Part shown: positions 30,315-40,919 of the stretch, piece after piece
Layout of the letters: every line of letters begins with the position of its first letter
Numbering within the stretch: the stretch's first letter is position 1
Assembly: GCA_038144855.1 (NCBI GenBank)
Contig: JAYQOO010000006.1
Location: 9,597 to 73,596, forward strand
Direction of reading: 5' to 3'
Source: Acidimicrobiia bacterium
Lineage (GTDB): Bacteria > Acidobacteriota > Vicinamibacteria > Vicinamibacterales > UBA2999
DNA length: 64,000 bases
Made by a program: the position numbers and the translations under genes
Notes under the pieces: generated by a model
The model's database searches: none
Told to the model about the DNA's origin: nothing
The model's input: only the letters and a program-made list of their open reading frames with translations

Positions 30315-33221
30315 TCATCGCTGTAACAGAGACCGCAAGAGTATCGCCGGATGCACCGCCTCGACACTAGCGAGATCGGCCACCTGGTGGCGGCACGAGG
30401 TGCCACCGGCCACCAGCACTGAGCCCTCCTTCATCGCGCGGGCCGCCGGCAGCAGCTTTCGCTCCGCGATCGCGGACGAGACGTCGTAGTGGTCTTTCGT
30501 ATAGCCAAACGATCCTGCCATGCCGCAGCATCCGGCCTCGAGATCGACCACCGACGCCCCCGGGATCCTCGAGAGCAGCGCCTTGGCAGGCGCAGCGAGG
30601 CCCATCGACCGCTGGTGGCAGTGCGGATGCAAGAGGATCTGAGACGGCCCGGGCTTCACCGGCAGCTCCGCGCGGCCTTCCGCGCACTCGCGTTCGAGAA
30701 ACTCTTCGAAGAGGACTGACTGGCTGGCGATCACCCGCGCCCGTCGCTGCTGCTCGCCGCGCAGCAGATCCGGCGCGTCTTCGCGGACGGCTGACAGGCA
30801 GCTTGGCTCGACGAACACGATCGCCTGCCCGCGTTCGGCCGCGTCGAACAGCGCGTTCACATTGGCCTCGGCTTGATACCGCGCCTCCGCAAGCCGTCCC
30901 TGTGAGATCAACGGACGCCCGCAACACCGATTGGGCGCAATCGCGGTGGAGATGCCGGCAGCGTTCATCACCTCGAGCGCCGCCAGCCCGATCTCCGGGT
31001 CTGCATTGTTGGTAAACGTGTCGGCAAACAGGAGCGCTTTCGCGGATCCCTGGTGCCCGAATCCAGACCCCTGTTTCCGTAACGTCGCTCGCGTCCACTG
31101 TGGGAGTGAGCGCCTGCGGTCGAGGCCAATCAGTTTCTCTGCGGCCCACCGGCCGAGTGCGCTGTTGGCGATGGTGTTCGACAGCGGCGCCAATCGGCTG
31201 CCCCACACCGCGGCGGCGTGACCGTCCCCAAACGCGCGAGCGCCCACCGACATGCCGTGCCGTTCCCAGTAGCCGGCGAGGAACTCGCTCTTGTATCGAG
31301 CGACGTCGACGCCGACCGGGCACTCGCTCTTGCAGGCGCGGCATTCAAGGCACAAGTCGAGGACCTCGTGCACGTCCTTGTCTGCCCGTTGCTGGTCGCC
31401 AAGCTGTCCAGCCATCGCCAGCCGCAGCGTGTTGGCGCGGCCGCGAGTGGAGTCCGCTTCATCGCGCGTCACCATGTACGACGGGCACATCGTGCCTTCG
31501 CGCTTCTTGCGGCACAGGCCGACACCACTGCACGACTCGACGGCCCGGCCAAAACCTTCGGCCCCCGAGAAATCGAAGAACGTGACCGGCTGCGGCGTGA
31601 TGTACCCAGCGCCATAGCGCAGGTGCGATGTGATCGGCGGCGTGTCGACAATGCGGCCGGGGTTGAAGATGCCCTGAGGATCAAAGGTCTTCTTCACCTG
31701 GCGGAACGCGCCGTACAGCTCGGAGCCGAACATCTTCTCGTTGAAGGCACCGCGCACGAGGCCGTCGCCGTGTTCGCCCGATAGCGCGCCGCCAAACGCG
31801 AGCACCAGGTCGGCGACCTCATTGGCGATGGCCTCGAACATCGCCACGCCCTCAGCGGTCTTCAGGTTCACGACCGGCCGCACGTGCAGGCAGCCGACGG
31901 AGGCGTGCGCGTAAACACCGGCCGTCGTGTGGTGACGTTTCACGATGCCGATGAATTGCTCGATGTAGTCACGCAGCTTCTCTGGCGCCACGGCCGTGTC
32001 TTCGACGAACGAGATCGCCTTGCCGTCCGACGTTGTCGCCGTCGACAGGCCGAGCGCGGCTTCGCGGAAACTCCAGATCCGCGCCTGAGCGCCGGCATCG
32101 ATCACCTGTCGTACCGCCCGCGGTGAGGCCGCCGCCACATCTCTGGCGAGACCGTCCATGCGCGAGCGCAGTTCGTCGACCGTGTCGGCGTAGAACTCCA
32201 CGCACAGCAGCGCCGAGCCGTCAGCCGTCAACATCGCCTGCCGCTGCGCGTTCAGGACGGGATGGCCCTTGGCGTGCGACAGGATGAAGTCGTCCATCAC
32301 CTCGACCGCGGACGGTCGGTGCTTGAGGATCAAGGGGGTTGCGCCCAAGGCGTCGAGCAGTCGATCGAACTCGATCGTCATCACCGACTTCTGCGCCGGC
32401 AGGGGGACCAGGTTGATCTTGGCGTCGACGATGAAGCCGAGCGTGCCCTCGGAGCCAACCATGATCCGCGTCAGGTCCACCGGCGTCGCGGCGCTGACGA
32501 AGGCGTCGAGGTTGTAACCGCCGACGCGTCGCAGGACTTTCGGGAACCGCCGGTCGATCTCCGCTGCGTGCCGCAGCCCGAGAGCCGGAATCTCGCGATA
32601 GGCGCGCGCTTCTATGCTGTCGCCCTGTTGCGCCAGAGCGGCGGCCGATGCGTCAAGCGGCCTGAGGTGGGCGAGCCTGGCGTCGGCCAGCACCACACGC
32701 TGCGCGAGGACGTGATCGATCGTCTTGCCGTACAACACCGATCGCGCGCCGCTCGAGTTGTTGGCCATCATGCCGCCAACGGTGGCGCGGCTGGCCGACG
32801 ACACATCAGGAGCGAAGCGCAGGTGGTGTTGACGCAGCTGCGCGTTCAGTTCATCGAGCACGACGCCGGGTTCGACCCGCGCCCAACGCTGATCCGGGTT
32901 CACTTCGAGGACGCGGTTCAGGTGCTTCGACGTATCGAGCACCAGTCCTGCACCAATCGACTGACCGGCCTGTGACGTGCCGCCGCCGCGGGGCGTGATC
33001 GGCACACCGTGCCGCGCCGCGATCTCGACGGCGCGCGCGACGCCTTCCGCCGATCTCGGAATCACGACGCCGAGCGGTTCGATCTGGTAGACGCTGGCGT
33101 CGGTCGAATACAACGCCCGCGTCATCTTGTCGAAGCGGACTTCGCCGTCGACCGCGTGCGTCAGTTCGCGCTGTAGAGAGGACGACACTACTGGGACTTG
33201 CCGCGCGCGGCGATGGGCCAC
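30315..33221 (-). CDS. Fused FAD-binding oxidase plus Fe-S/CCG-domain protein (GlcD-GlcF-like 2-hydroxyacid dehydrogenase)
   Basis: FAD_binding_4 motif ITPRGGGTSQAGQS, ferredoxin motif CLECRACKSECP, and C-terminal CCG motif AGCCGMAGSFG. An alternative GTG start at 33188 abuts the upstream TAG. Confidence 0.85.
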   Translation of the reverse strand: MAHRRARQVPVVSSSLQRELTHAVDGEVRFDKMTRALYSTDASVYQIEPLGVVIPRSAEGVARAVEIAARHGVPITPRGGGTSQAGQSIGAGLVLDTSKHLNRVLEVNPDQRWARVEPGVVLDELNAQLRQHHLRFAPDVSSASRATVGGMMANNSSGARSVLYGKTIDHVLAQRVVLADARLAHLRPLDASAAALAQQGDSIEARAYREIPALGLRHAAEIDRRFPKVLRRVGGYNLDAFVSAATPVDLTRIMVGSEGTLGFIVDAKINLVPLPAQKSVMTIEFDRLLDALGATPLILKHRPSAVEVMDDFILSHAKGHPVLNAQRQAMLTADGSALLCVEFYADTVDELRSRMDGLARDVAAASPRAVRQVIDAGAQARIWSFREAALGLSTATTSDGKAISFVEDTAVAPEKLRDYIEQFIGIVKRHHTTAGVYAHASVGCLHVRPVVNLKTAEGVAMFEAIANEVADLVLAFGGALSGEHGDGLVRGAFNEKMFGSELYGAFRQVKKTFDPQGIFNPGRIVDTPPITSHLRYGAGYITPQPVTFFDFSGAEGFGRAVESCSGVGLCRKKREGTMCPSYMVTRDEADSTRGRANTLRLAMAGQLGDQQRADKDVHEVLDLCLECRACKSECPVGVDVARYKSEFLAGYWERHGMSVGARAFGDGHAAAVWGSRLAPLSNTIANSALGRWAAEKLIGLDRRRSLPQWTRATLRKQGSGFGHQGSAKALLFADTFTNNADPEIGLAALEVMNAAGISTAIAPNRCCGRPLISQGRLAEARYQAEANVNALFDAAERGQAIVFVEPSCLSAVREDAPDLLRGEQQRRARVIASQSVLFEEFLERECAEGRAELPVKPGPSQILLHPHCHQRSMGLAAPAKALLSRIPGASVVDLEAGCCGMAGSFGYTKDHYDVSSAIAERKLLPAARAMKEGSVLVAGGTSCRHQVADLASVEAVHPAILLRSLLQR

Positions 33222-34288
33222 ACGTCGTCGACGCGATCACCGCGCAGGCAGTAGATCCGATCGTAGAGATTGACCGTCGGATCGATGTGTGGCGGGATGA
33301 ACTCGACCCGGTCGCCGACCTGGAACTCCCGCGACGACTGCGACGTGTCCAGGCGGCCGTGCTCGTCTCCCGCCCAGTGGTACGTCACCTCGTCGAGGCC
33401 GACCGCACGCGGCGTGAACGGCCGATCGGTGGAGAACGCCTTGTAGCCGCCATCGACGATCGCGATCCCGGCGGAACGCGACACGATCGTCGTCACCACC
33501 GTCAGCGAATTCTTGAAGTCACGGTACTCGGTGCCGTCCGGTCCGCCGATCATCCCGTACTCCATGTCCATGAACACGAAGCTGCCCGGCTGGATCTCGG
33601 TGATACCCGGATTCTCGGAGTCGACGCGATAGGTGCCGGTCGATCCTGCGGTCACCATCGGGCAGGCGATGCCGGCGCGCTCGATCAGCGCTTTCGTCTC
33701 GATCGCCTTCGCCATGTTGGTGTTGGTGCGGACCGCCCGCGCGTCAAAGGGCGTCGTGTGCGCGGCGGCGCCGTCGTACGACTGCAGGCCAACCAGCGTC
33801 ACGTGCGGCAACTTATCGATCAACTGCGCCAGCTCTACTGCCGGCTGACCTGGCTGGATGCCGGTGCGGCCAAAGAACAGGTCGATTGCCAGCTTGATCG
33901 GCTCGCCGCCGCCCCTGGCTGCGGCAGCGTCGTTGAGGTCGCGTACGTTCTGGCGGTTGTCCACCACGTAGATCGTGTCGGGCGCCTTCGTGGCGAGGTC
34001 GATCGCGCGCGCGATCTTGTCGCGGCCAATGACGGCGGTCGTGATCAGCAGGCCCGGAATCCCGCTCTCAGCAAACACCTCGGCCTCGCTCAGCCTGGCG
34101 GCACAGCACCCGATCGCACCCGCGCGCAGCAGCGCCTTGGCGACCTCAGGGCACTTGTGCGTCTTGCCGTGCGGTCGAAACGCCTTCTGCCGCGTTCTGA
34201 GATGCGACGACATCTTCGCGATGTTGTCTTCGAAGGCGTCGAGGTCGAGAAGAAGGGCTGGGGTTGGAACGTCGCCGCGCAACTGCAT
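33188..34288 (-). CDS. DSD1-family PLP enzyme (D-serine / D-threo-3-hydroxyaspartate dehydratase or D-threonine aldolase-like)
   Basis: N-terminal alanine-racemase-like barrel with FRPHGKTHKCPEVA (PLP lysine), and a C-terminal D-serine-dehydratase-like domain. Confidence 0.8.
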   Translation of the reverse strand: MQLRGDVPTPALLLDLDAFEDNIAKMSSHLRTRQKAFRPHGKTHKCPEVAKALLRAGAIGCCAARLSEAEVFAESGIPGLLITTAVIGRDKIARAIDLATKAPDTIYVVDNRQNVRDLNDAAAARGGGEPIKLAIDLFFGRTGIQPGQPAVELAQLIDKLPHVTLVGLQSYDGAAAHTTPFDARAVRTNTNMAKAIETKALIERAGIACPMVTAGSTGTYRVDSENPGITEIQPGSFVFMDMEYGMIGGPDGTEYRDFKNSLTVVTTIVSRSAGIAIVDGGYKAFSTDRPFTPRAVGLDEVTYHWAGDEHGRLDTSQSSREFQVGDRVEFIPPHIDPTVNLYDRIYCLRGDRVDDVWPIAARGKSQ

Positions 34289-34458
34289 GGAACGCCGAAT
34301 GCTAGCACTGTGTCACGAGGTTGCGCATCCCTGTCATCGCGTGCTCGGCGCAGCTTGGTGCGCGCCGGCGCCTCACTCGTAACCGTTCCGCCCAATCCAA
34401 AGCAGGATCCAGGAGCCACTCGTCATGGCCACGACCTGGGCACGTCGGATCCAATGCG

Positions 34459-35121
34459 TTAGCGGTCCCAGTCGAACTCCAGCCGGTTGGCTCGCAAGGT
34501 GTCGCGAATCGTGCCGGGCAGCACGTTTGACCGCCTCGCGTCTTGCACCGCTCGTTGCATCAGACCGCGGAACTGCTGGATGTCGCTCTGCAGGGCGCCA
34601 TAGAGCGTGACGCAGCCGGCGGCGGCGTCGCCGGGGATGCCCCGCGGCACGAGCACGGCAAACCATTCGCGGTCGTAGCTGCCGGCGATCGGCGAGGTGT
34701 AGCACTGCCGGCGAAATCGCTGCCAGGCCGTGTCGAGCTGCGAGGCACCGGAGACCAACTGTCGAATCGCCGCCCGGAACCCCTCGTCGCCCTGTTGCTG
34801 CAGCCGTTCGCTTTCGGAGCCTCGCACTTGCGACTGGATGTCGGTCAGGCCGCCCGACGCGCCGAGGTTCGCCTGGCGCCCGTCGAGCAGATCCTTCGCG
34901 TGATCGATCGCGACACCAAAGTTCAGGCCCTGCGCGCCCTTGTAGCCCATCGTCGTGATCGCGACGACCGCGCCGTTGCGGTCGAGCATCGGGCCGCCAC
35001 TGTTGCCGGTGTTGGTCGCGGCGTCGGTCTGCACCAGCGTGACGCCGCCCGCGGATCGAAGACCACTCATGACGCCGCGCGAGACGCTGTTTTGCAATGT
35101 GCCGAGGGCCGAGCCGATCAC
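34459..35121 (-). CDS. Trypsin-like serine protease, downstream part (catalytic Ser) of a TAG-interrupted gene
   Basis: TDAATNTGNSGGPMLD (catalytic Ser motif) followed by an unrecognised, roughly 140-aa C-terminal domain. Same frame as 35149..35787. Confidence 0.7.
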   Translation of the reverse strand: MIGSALGTLQNSVSRGVMSGLRSAGGVTLVQTDAATNTGNSGGPMLDRNGAVVAITTMGYKGAQGLNFGVAIDHAKDLLDGRQANLGASGGLTDIQSQVRGSESERLQQQGDEGFRAAIRQLVSGASQLDTAWQRFRRQCYTSPIAGSYDREWFAVLVPRGIPGDAAAGCVTLYGALQSDIQQFRGLMQRAVQDARRSNVLPGTIRDTLRANRLEFDWDR

Positions 35122-35148
35122 GATGATCTCCTGGCCCGCGCGAAGGGA

Positions 35149-35787
35149 CTACGACGTCCCCATGGTGATGGTCGGCTGTGACGGCAGGGGCTGCGTCACC
35201 TTCAGCACGGCGACGTCGAAGGCCGGCGCGCGAGATTCCACCCGGGCCTGCGCGGTGGTGCCATCGTGCTTGCGCAGCGTGGCGTAGTTGTCGTTCTGCA
35301 CGACGTGCACGTTGGTCATCAGCGTGTCGTGACGCACGAAGAATCCGCTGCCCCGGCCGCTGGTGGTCTCGATCAGGACGATGGCGGGCATGGCCTTTGC
35401 GACCATCTCCTCGATCGTTGCCGCCGATGCGGGAACAACCGGGGCGGCGGGCACATTGCTGCCAGGCACGAGCGGCGGCAGCGACCTGGCGGCGGCGTCC
35501 CACGCGCGAGCTTCTGGTGACGCGTCGCCTGCCTGCGCGCGCTCGTCGGTCTGCTCGGTGTCGTCAGCGGGTGCCTCGCCGACCTCGGCGGCCGGCGGCC
35601 TCAGAAAGATCCAGTAGCCGCTGCTGGCGACCGTCAGCGTCAGGACGACGGCCAGCACAACGGGCCCCACTGTTGAGGAGGCCGGCGCTGTGGGCGCGAC
35701 CGCTGGCTCCGGCCCGGCCGCTGGAAGGGGGGATTCGACGAGGGGTAACTCAGTGCCACAGCGGTAATTGGCCACCGTATTCGGCAC
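35149..35787 (-). CDS. Trypsin-like serine protease, N-terminal part (TM anchor, catalytic His and Asp), ending at in-frame TAG (35151..35149)
   Basis: TM helix VGPVVLAVVLTLTVASSGYWIF, GSGFFV, TNVHVV (His) and FDVAVLKV (Asp). Ends ...ITMGTS then TAG, then SLRAGQEIIVIGSALG. Confidence 0.7.
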   Translation of the reverse strand: MPNTVANYRCGTELPLVESPLPAAGPEPAVAPTAPASSTVGPVVLAVVLTLTVASSGYWIFLRPPAAEVGEAPADDTEQTDERAQAGDASPEARAWDAAARSLPPLVPGSNVPAAPVVPASAATIEEMVAKAMPAIVLIETTSGRGSGFFVRHDTLMTNVHVVQNDNYATLRKHDGTTAQARVESRAPAFDVAVLKVTQPLPSQPTITMGTS

Positions 35788-35900
35788 CCGCCGTCCGCAC
35801 GAAGGGCAGACCCTGCTGAAGGCGGCCTGGTCCCGCCCTGCCCTGCCCTGAGCTCAGTCGAAGGGTCGGGCATGAGTCATAATAAAGGACTGAATCGCCG

Positions 35901-37703
<1,803 letters not shown>

Positions 37704-37705
37704 CC

Positions 37706-38353
37706 ATGAGCGACGCGACGTTCCAGAAGTCCACGCTGCGCGAGTACTTCGAATCGATCGTCGTGGCCGTCATCCTGGCCCTGTTCGTGCGGACGTTCGT
37801 GTTCCAGGCCTTCAAGATCCCGACCGGATCGATGAAGCCGAACCTGCTGGTCGGCGACCACCTGCTGGTCAACAAGTTCATGTTTGCGCCGGCGGCGACG
37901 GCCTTCGAGAAGGCGATCCTGCCGATGCGCGAGGTGCGGCGCGGCGACATCCTGGTCTTCAAGTTCCCGGAAGAGCCGGAGCGAGATTTCATCAAGAGAA
38001 CGATCGGGTTGCCGGGCGACACCGTCGAGCTGAAGAACCAGACGATCCTGATCAACGGCCAGCCGCTCGCCGAACCGTACGCCCACTACCTGTTCCCGCC
38101 TGCGGACGACACGCAGACCGACAGCTTCGACATCCGCCGGAAGTACGGCCCCGTCACCGTGCCCGACGGGCTCTATTTCATGATGGGCGACAATCGCGAC
38201 GATTCGCAGGACAGCCGGTTCTGGGGCTTCCTCCCGGCCAACTACGTCAAGGGCCGGGCGCTGTTCATCTATTGGTCGTTCGATGTGCCCGATGACGGAT
38301 CGAGCGCGGGATTTGCGCCGCGGTGGGGCCGGTTGTTCCACCAGATTCACTAG
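37706..38353 (+). CDS. lepB: Signal peptidase I
   Basis: Start at ATG 37706, 2 nt after the lepA stop. Motifs IPTGSMKPNLLVGDHLLVNK and GDNRDDSQDSRFWG. Confidence 0.9.
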   Translation: MSDATFQKSTLREYFESIVVAVILALFVRTFVFQAFKIPTGSMKPNLLVGDHLLVNKFMFAPAATAFEKAILPMREVRRGDILVFKFPEEPERDFIKRTIGLPGDTVELKNQTILINGQPLAEPYAHYLFPPADDTQTDSFDIRRKYGPVTVPDGLYFMMGDNRDDSQDSRFWGFLPANYVKGRALFIYWSFDVPDDGSSAGFAPRWGRLFHQIH

Positions 38354-38433
38354 CCGGCCATCCGCTAAAGCTGTAGCGAGGCAAGCCGACAATAGAGATA
38401 GGCCCGCGTCCCCTCGCGACGCCTGGGAGACCC

Positions 38434-38781
38434 ATGAAGGCGCTGATCAAAATCCTCATCGGAGCCGCCATGCTCGTCGCCTGCGTCAACGCGACCCGGG
38501 CGGCGTTTGCCGACTACCAGTTCACCGACGCGGTGCACGAGGCCTTGCTGTTCGACAGCCGCCTGTCTGATGAAGAGGTCGTCGACATCGTCATGAAGCT
38601 CGCGACGCAGTACGAGATTCCGCTCGCCGAAGAAGACGTCAAGGTGCGCTGGGTCGGCCCCGAGCTCAATGTGGATATGACCTACACGTCCAACGTGGTG
38701 CTGATCCCCGGCGTGTTCGCGCGGGATTGGACCTTCTCGCCCACCACGTCGGTGCGGCGGCTCGCCGGAACCGGCCGCTAG
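38434..38781 (+). CDS. Hypothetical small secreted/membrane protein
   Basis: 115 aa with an N-terminal hydrophobic segment (ILIGAAMLVACVNA). Its stop shares the palindrome CTAG with the convergent gene. Confidence 0.45.
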   Translation: MKALIKILIGAAMLVACVNATRAAFADYQFTDAVHEALLFDSRLSDEEVVDIVMKLATQYEIPLAEEDVKVRWVGPELNVDMTYTSNVVLIPGVFARDWTFSPTTSVRRLAGTGR

Positions 38782-39401
38782 TTCGCGGCCGATCGCAGCG
38801 CCGCGGCCGCGTGGCTGGCGGCCGTCTCAGACAGCCGGGACGTTTCCGTTTCCGTTGCGGCGACAAACGCCGCGTCTTTCAGCGACCCCAGGTTGATACG
38901 CACATTCGCCGCGGCTCCATCTGCTGCGGCCTTCAGCAGCCCAACAGCGACGCCGGCATCACTGGCTGCTGAGCGGTTGCCGTGCTCGGCAACCGCGCGT
39001 CCGTGCGACAGCGCCTCGACGCATGCGCGCAGCGTATCGAGCGGGACCAGGGTCGCGCCACGCGTGGCCGACTGAATCGCTGCCGACCGCGCGGCCTTCT
39101 CGTCGTCGGTCGCCTTCGGCAACTTGAAAGCCGCCATCACGGCGTTGAAGGCTTCGGTGTCGGTGTCGGCCAGGCGCGTGAGGGCCGCGCCGATTGGTTC
39201 GAGGGCGGTGCGCGCCGTTGCCAGCGCCGCCTTTTCTTCATCCGCGTTGGTCCGCGACTTCGCGAGTCCCGTGACCATGACCAGCAGGGAGGTGCCCATC
39301 GCGCCGGCGACGGCGGCCGCGGTGCCGCCGCCAGGCGTGGGGTCGGAGCTGGCGAGCGCCGCCAGCAACTGGGCCACGGTCATGTCTGCAAATCGGGTCA
39401 C
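38778..39401 (-). CDS. Cyclodeaminase/cyclohydrolase family protein (FTCD C-terminal domain)
   Basis: 207 aa, all-helical, with the signature SSDPTPGGGTAAAVAGAMG. Overlaps the hutI stop (ATGA-type coupling). Confidence 0.8.
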   Translation of the reverse strand: MTRFADMTVAQLLAALASSDPTPGGGTAAAVAGAMGTSLLVMVTGLAKSRTNADEEKAALATARTALEPIGAALTRLADTDTEAFNAVMAAFKLPKATDDEKAARSAAIQSATRGATLVPLDTLRACVEALSHGRAVAEHGNRSAASDAGVAVGLLKAAADGAAANVRINLGSLKDAAFVAATETETSRLSETAASHAAAALRSAAN

Positions 39402-40657
39402 GATTCCATCCTTGTGTGAACGACGCGGCCGCGCTTGAGCACGTGCTTGACGACCGGACCGCCGACGCGAATCAAGTCCGTGAGCATGCCCGCGACGATG
39501 ACCGCGTCCAGTTGCTTACCGACCTCGAGGCTGCCGACCGTGTCGTGGCGGTCAATCGACGCCGCGGCGTTGAGCGTGGCGCCGATCAAGGCTTCCTCGA
39601 GCGTCAGGTTCATGCCGAAGCACGCCAGGGACATCACAAACGGCATCGAGGTGGTGAAGCCGCCGCCGGGATTGAGGTCGCTGGCCAGCGCCACCGCGGC
39701 GCCCTTTTCGATCAGGAGGCGCGCCGGCGCGTAGCGGCCAAGTTTCAGGAAGAATGCCGCCGACGGCAGCAGCGTCGCAACGACGTTCGCCTCCGCCAGC
39801 ATCACGGCGTGCGGCTCGTCAACGAAGATCAAGTGGTCGGCCGATCGGGCGCCGACCTCCGCCGCCACACGCGATCCACCGCTCAACGCCAGTTCGTCGG
39901 CGTGAATCCGCGCCTTCAGGCCGCGTTGTTGCCCGGCGACCAGGATGTCGCGCGATTCCTCCGGAGTGAACACGCCCTGCTCGCAGAACACGTCGCACCA
40001 TTCGGCAATCCCCTCGTCGGCGATCGCGGGAATCATTTCGTCGATCACCATCCGGACGTAGTCCCGGCGACGTCCGCGGAACTCGACCGGCACCTCGTGC
40101 GCGCCCATGAACGTGGCCGTGATCTCGATCGGCTGCCCCTGCGCGACCGTGCGGATCGCGCGCAGCATCTTGCGCTCGGATGGCAGCCCCAGCCCGTAGC
40201 CGCTCTTGGCTTCCGCTGTCGTGGTGCCGAACGCGAGCATTTCGGCGAGCCGCTTGCGCGCACCCTCCACAAGGTCGTGTTCGCTGGCCAGCCGAGTGGC
40301 ATCCACCGTCTTGACGATGCCGCCGCCCGACTGGGCGATGTCCGCATAGCTGGCGCCGGCCAGCCGACGCCGCAGTTCATCGCGGCGATCACCGGCGAAT
40401 ACCAGGTGGGTGTGGGGATCGACAAAGCCAGGCACGACGGTGCAGCCCTGCGCGTCGATGATTTGCGCGTGGGGTGCGAGGCTGATCGCCGCCTTGGCGT
40501 CTTCCTCGGATCCCACAAACACGATCCTGCCCTCGAAGCCGGCGACCGTGGCGTTGGCGATCGCGCTGATCTCGCGCTGCGCCGATCCTCGCCTGGGGCC
40601 CGGGCCGGCACACGTCGCCACGAGATCGGCGTTGCGGATCAGGACGTCAGCGAGCAC
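39398..40657 (-). CDS. hutI: Imidazolonepropionase
   Basis: 419 aa with GFVDPHTHLVFAGDRRDEL, IHADELA and the amidohydrolase fold. Confidence 0.9.
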   Translation of the reverse strand: MLADVLIRNADLVATCAGPGPRRGSAQREISAIANATVAGFEGRIVFVGSEEDAKAAISLAPHAQIIDAQGCTVVPGFVDPHTHLVFAGDRRDELRRRLAGASYADIAQSGGGIVKTVDATRLASEHDLVEGARKRLAEMLAFGTTTAEAKSGYGLGLPSERKMLRAIRTVAQGQPIEITATFMGAHEVPVEFRGRRRDYVRMVIDEMIPAIADEGIAEWCDVFCEQGVFTPEESRDILVAGQQRGLKARIHADELALSGGSRVAAEVGARSADHLIFVDEPHAVMLAEANVVATLLPSAAFFLKLGRYAPARLLIEKGAAVALASDLNPGGGFTTSMPFVMSLACFGMNLTLEEALIGATLNAAASIDRHDTVGSLEVGKQLDAVIVAGMLTDLIRVGGPVVKHVLKRGRVVHTRMES

Positions 40658-40660
40658 GCT

Positions 40661-40906
40661 TCAGACTACCAGCTTTGACAGGATCTGGTCCCGCTCCATG
40701 CCGTTGATGCGCACGCGTTTTGATCGCGAGCGCTCGCCGCTGACGATGATGATGTCGCGTTTGGGAATCTTCAGGGCGGCTGCCAGCAGGGCGATCAGCT
40801 GATCGTTGGCGGCGCCGTCAACCGGAGCGGCGGCGAGCTTGATCTGCAGCACGCCGTCGCGCACGCCCGACACCTGGGTGCGGCCGGCGCGGGGCGTGAC
40901 GCGCAC
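40661..40906 (-). CDS. DUF167 (YggU) family protein
   Basis: AAAPVDGAANDQLIALLAAALKIPKRDIIIVSGERSRSK. The conserved first strand (LDLDVRV) lies upstream of the first canonical start (GTG 40906), so the start is uncertain. Confidence 0.65.
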   Translation of the reverse strand: MRVTPRAGRTQVSGVRDGVLQIKLAAAPVDGAANDQLIALLAAALKIPKRDIIIVSGERSRSKRVRINGMERDQILSKLVV

Positions 40907-40919
40907 GTCAAGATCCAGG

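Noticed and set aside
34373-35503. 376-aa Arg-rich minus-strand ORF overlapping the protease locus
   Set aside because: It is an alternative frame of the protease gene, with extreme Arg/Gly/Pro composition and no motifs.
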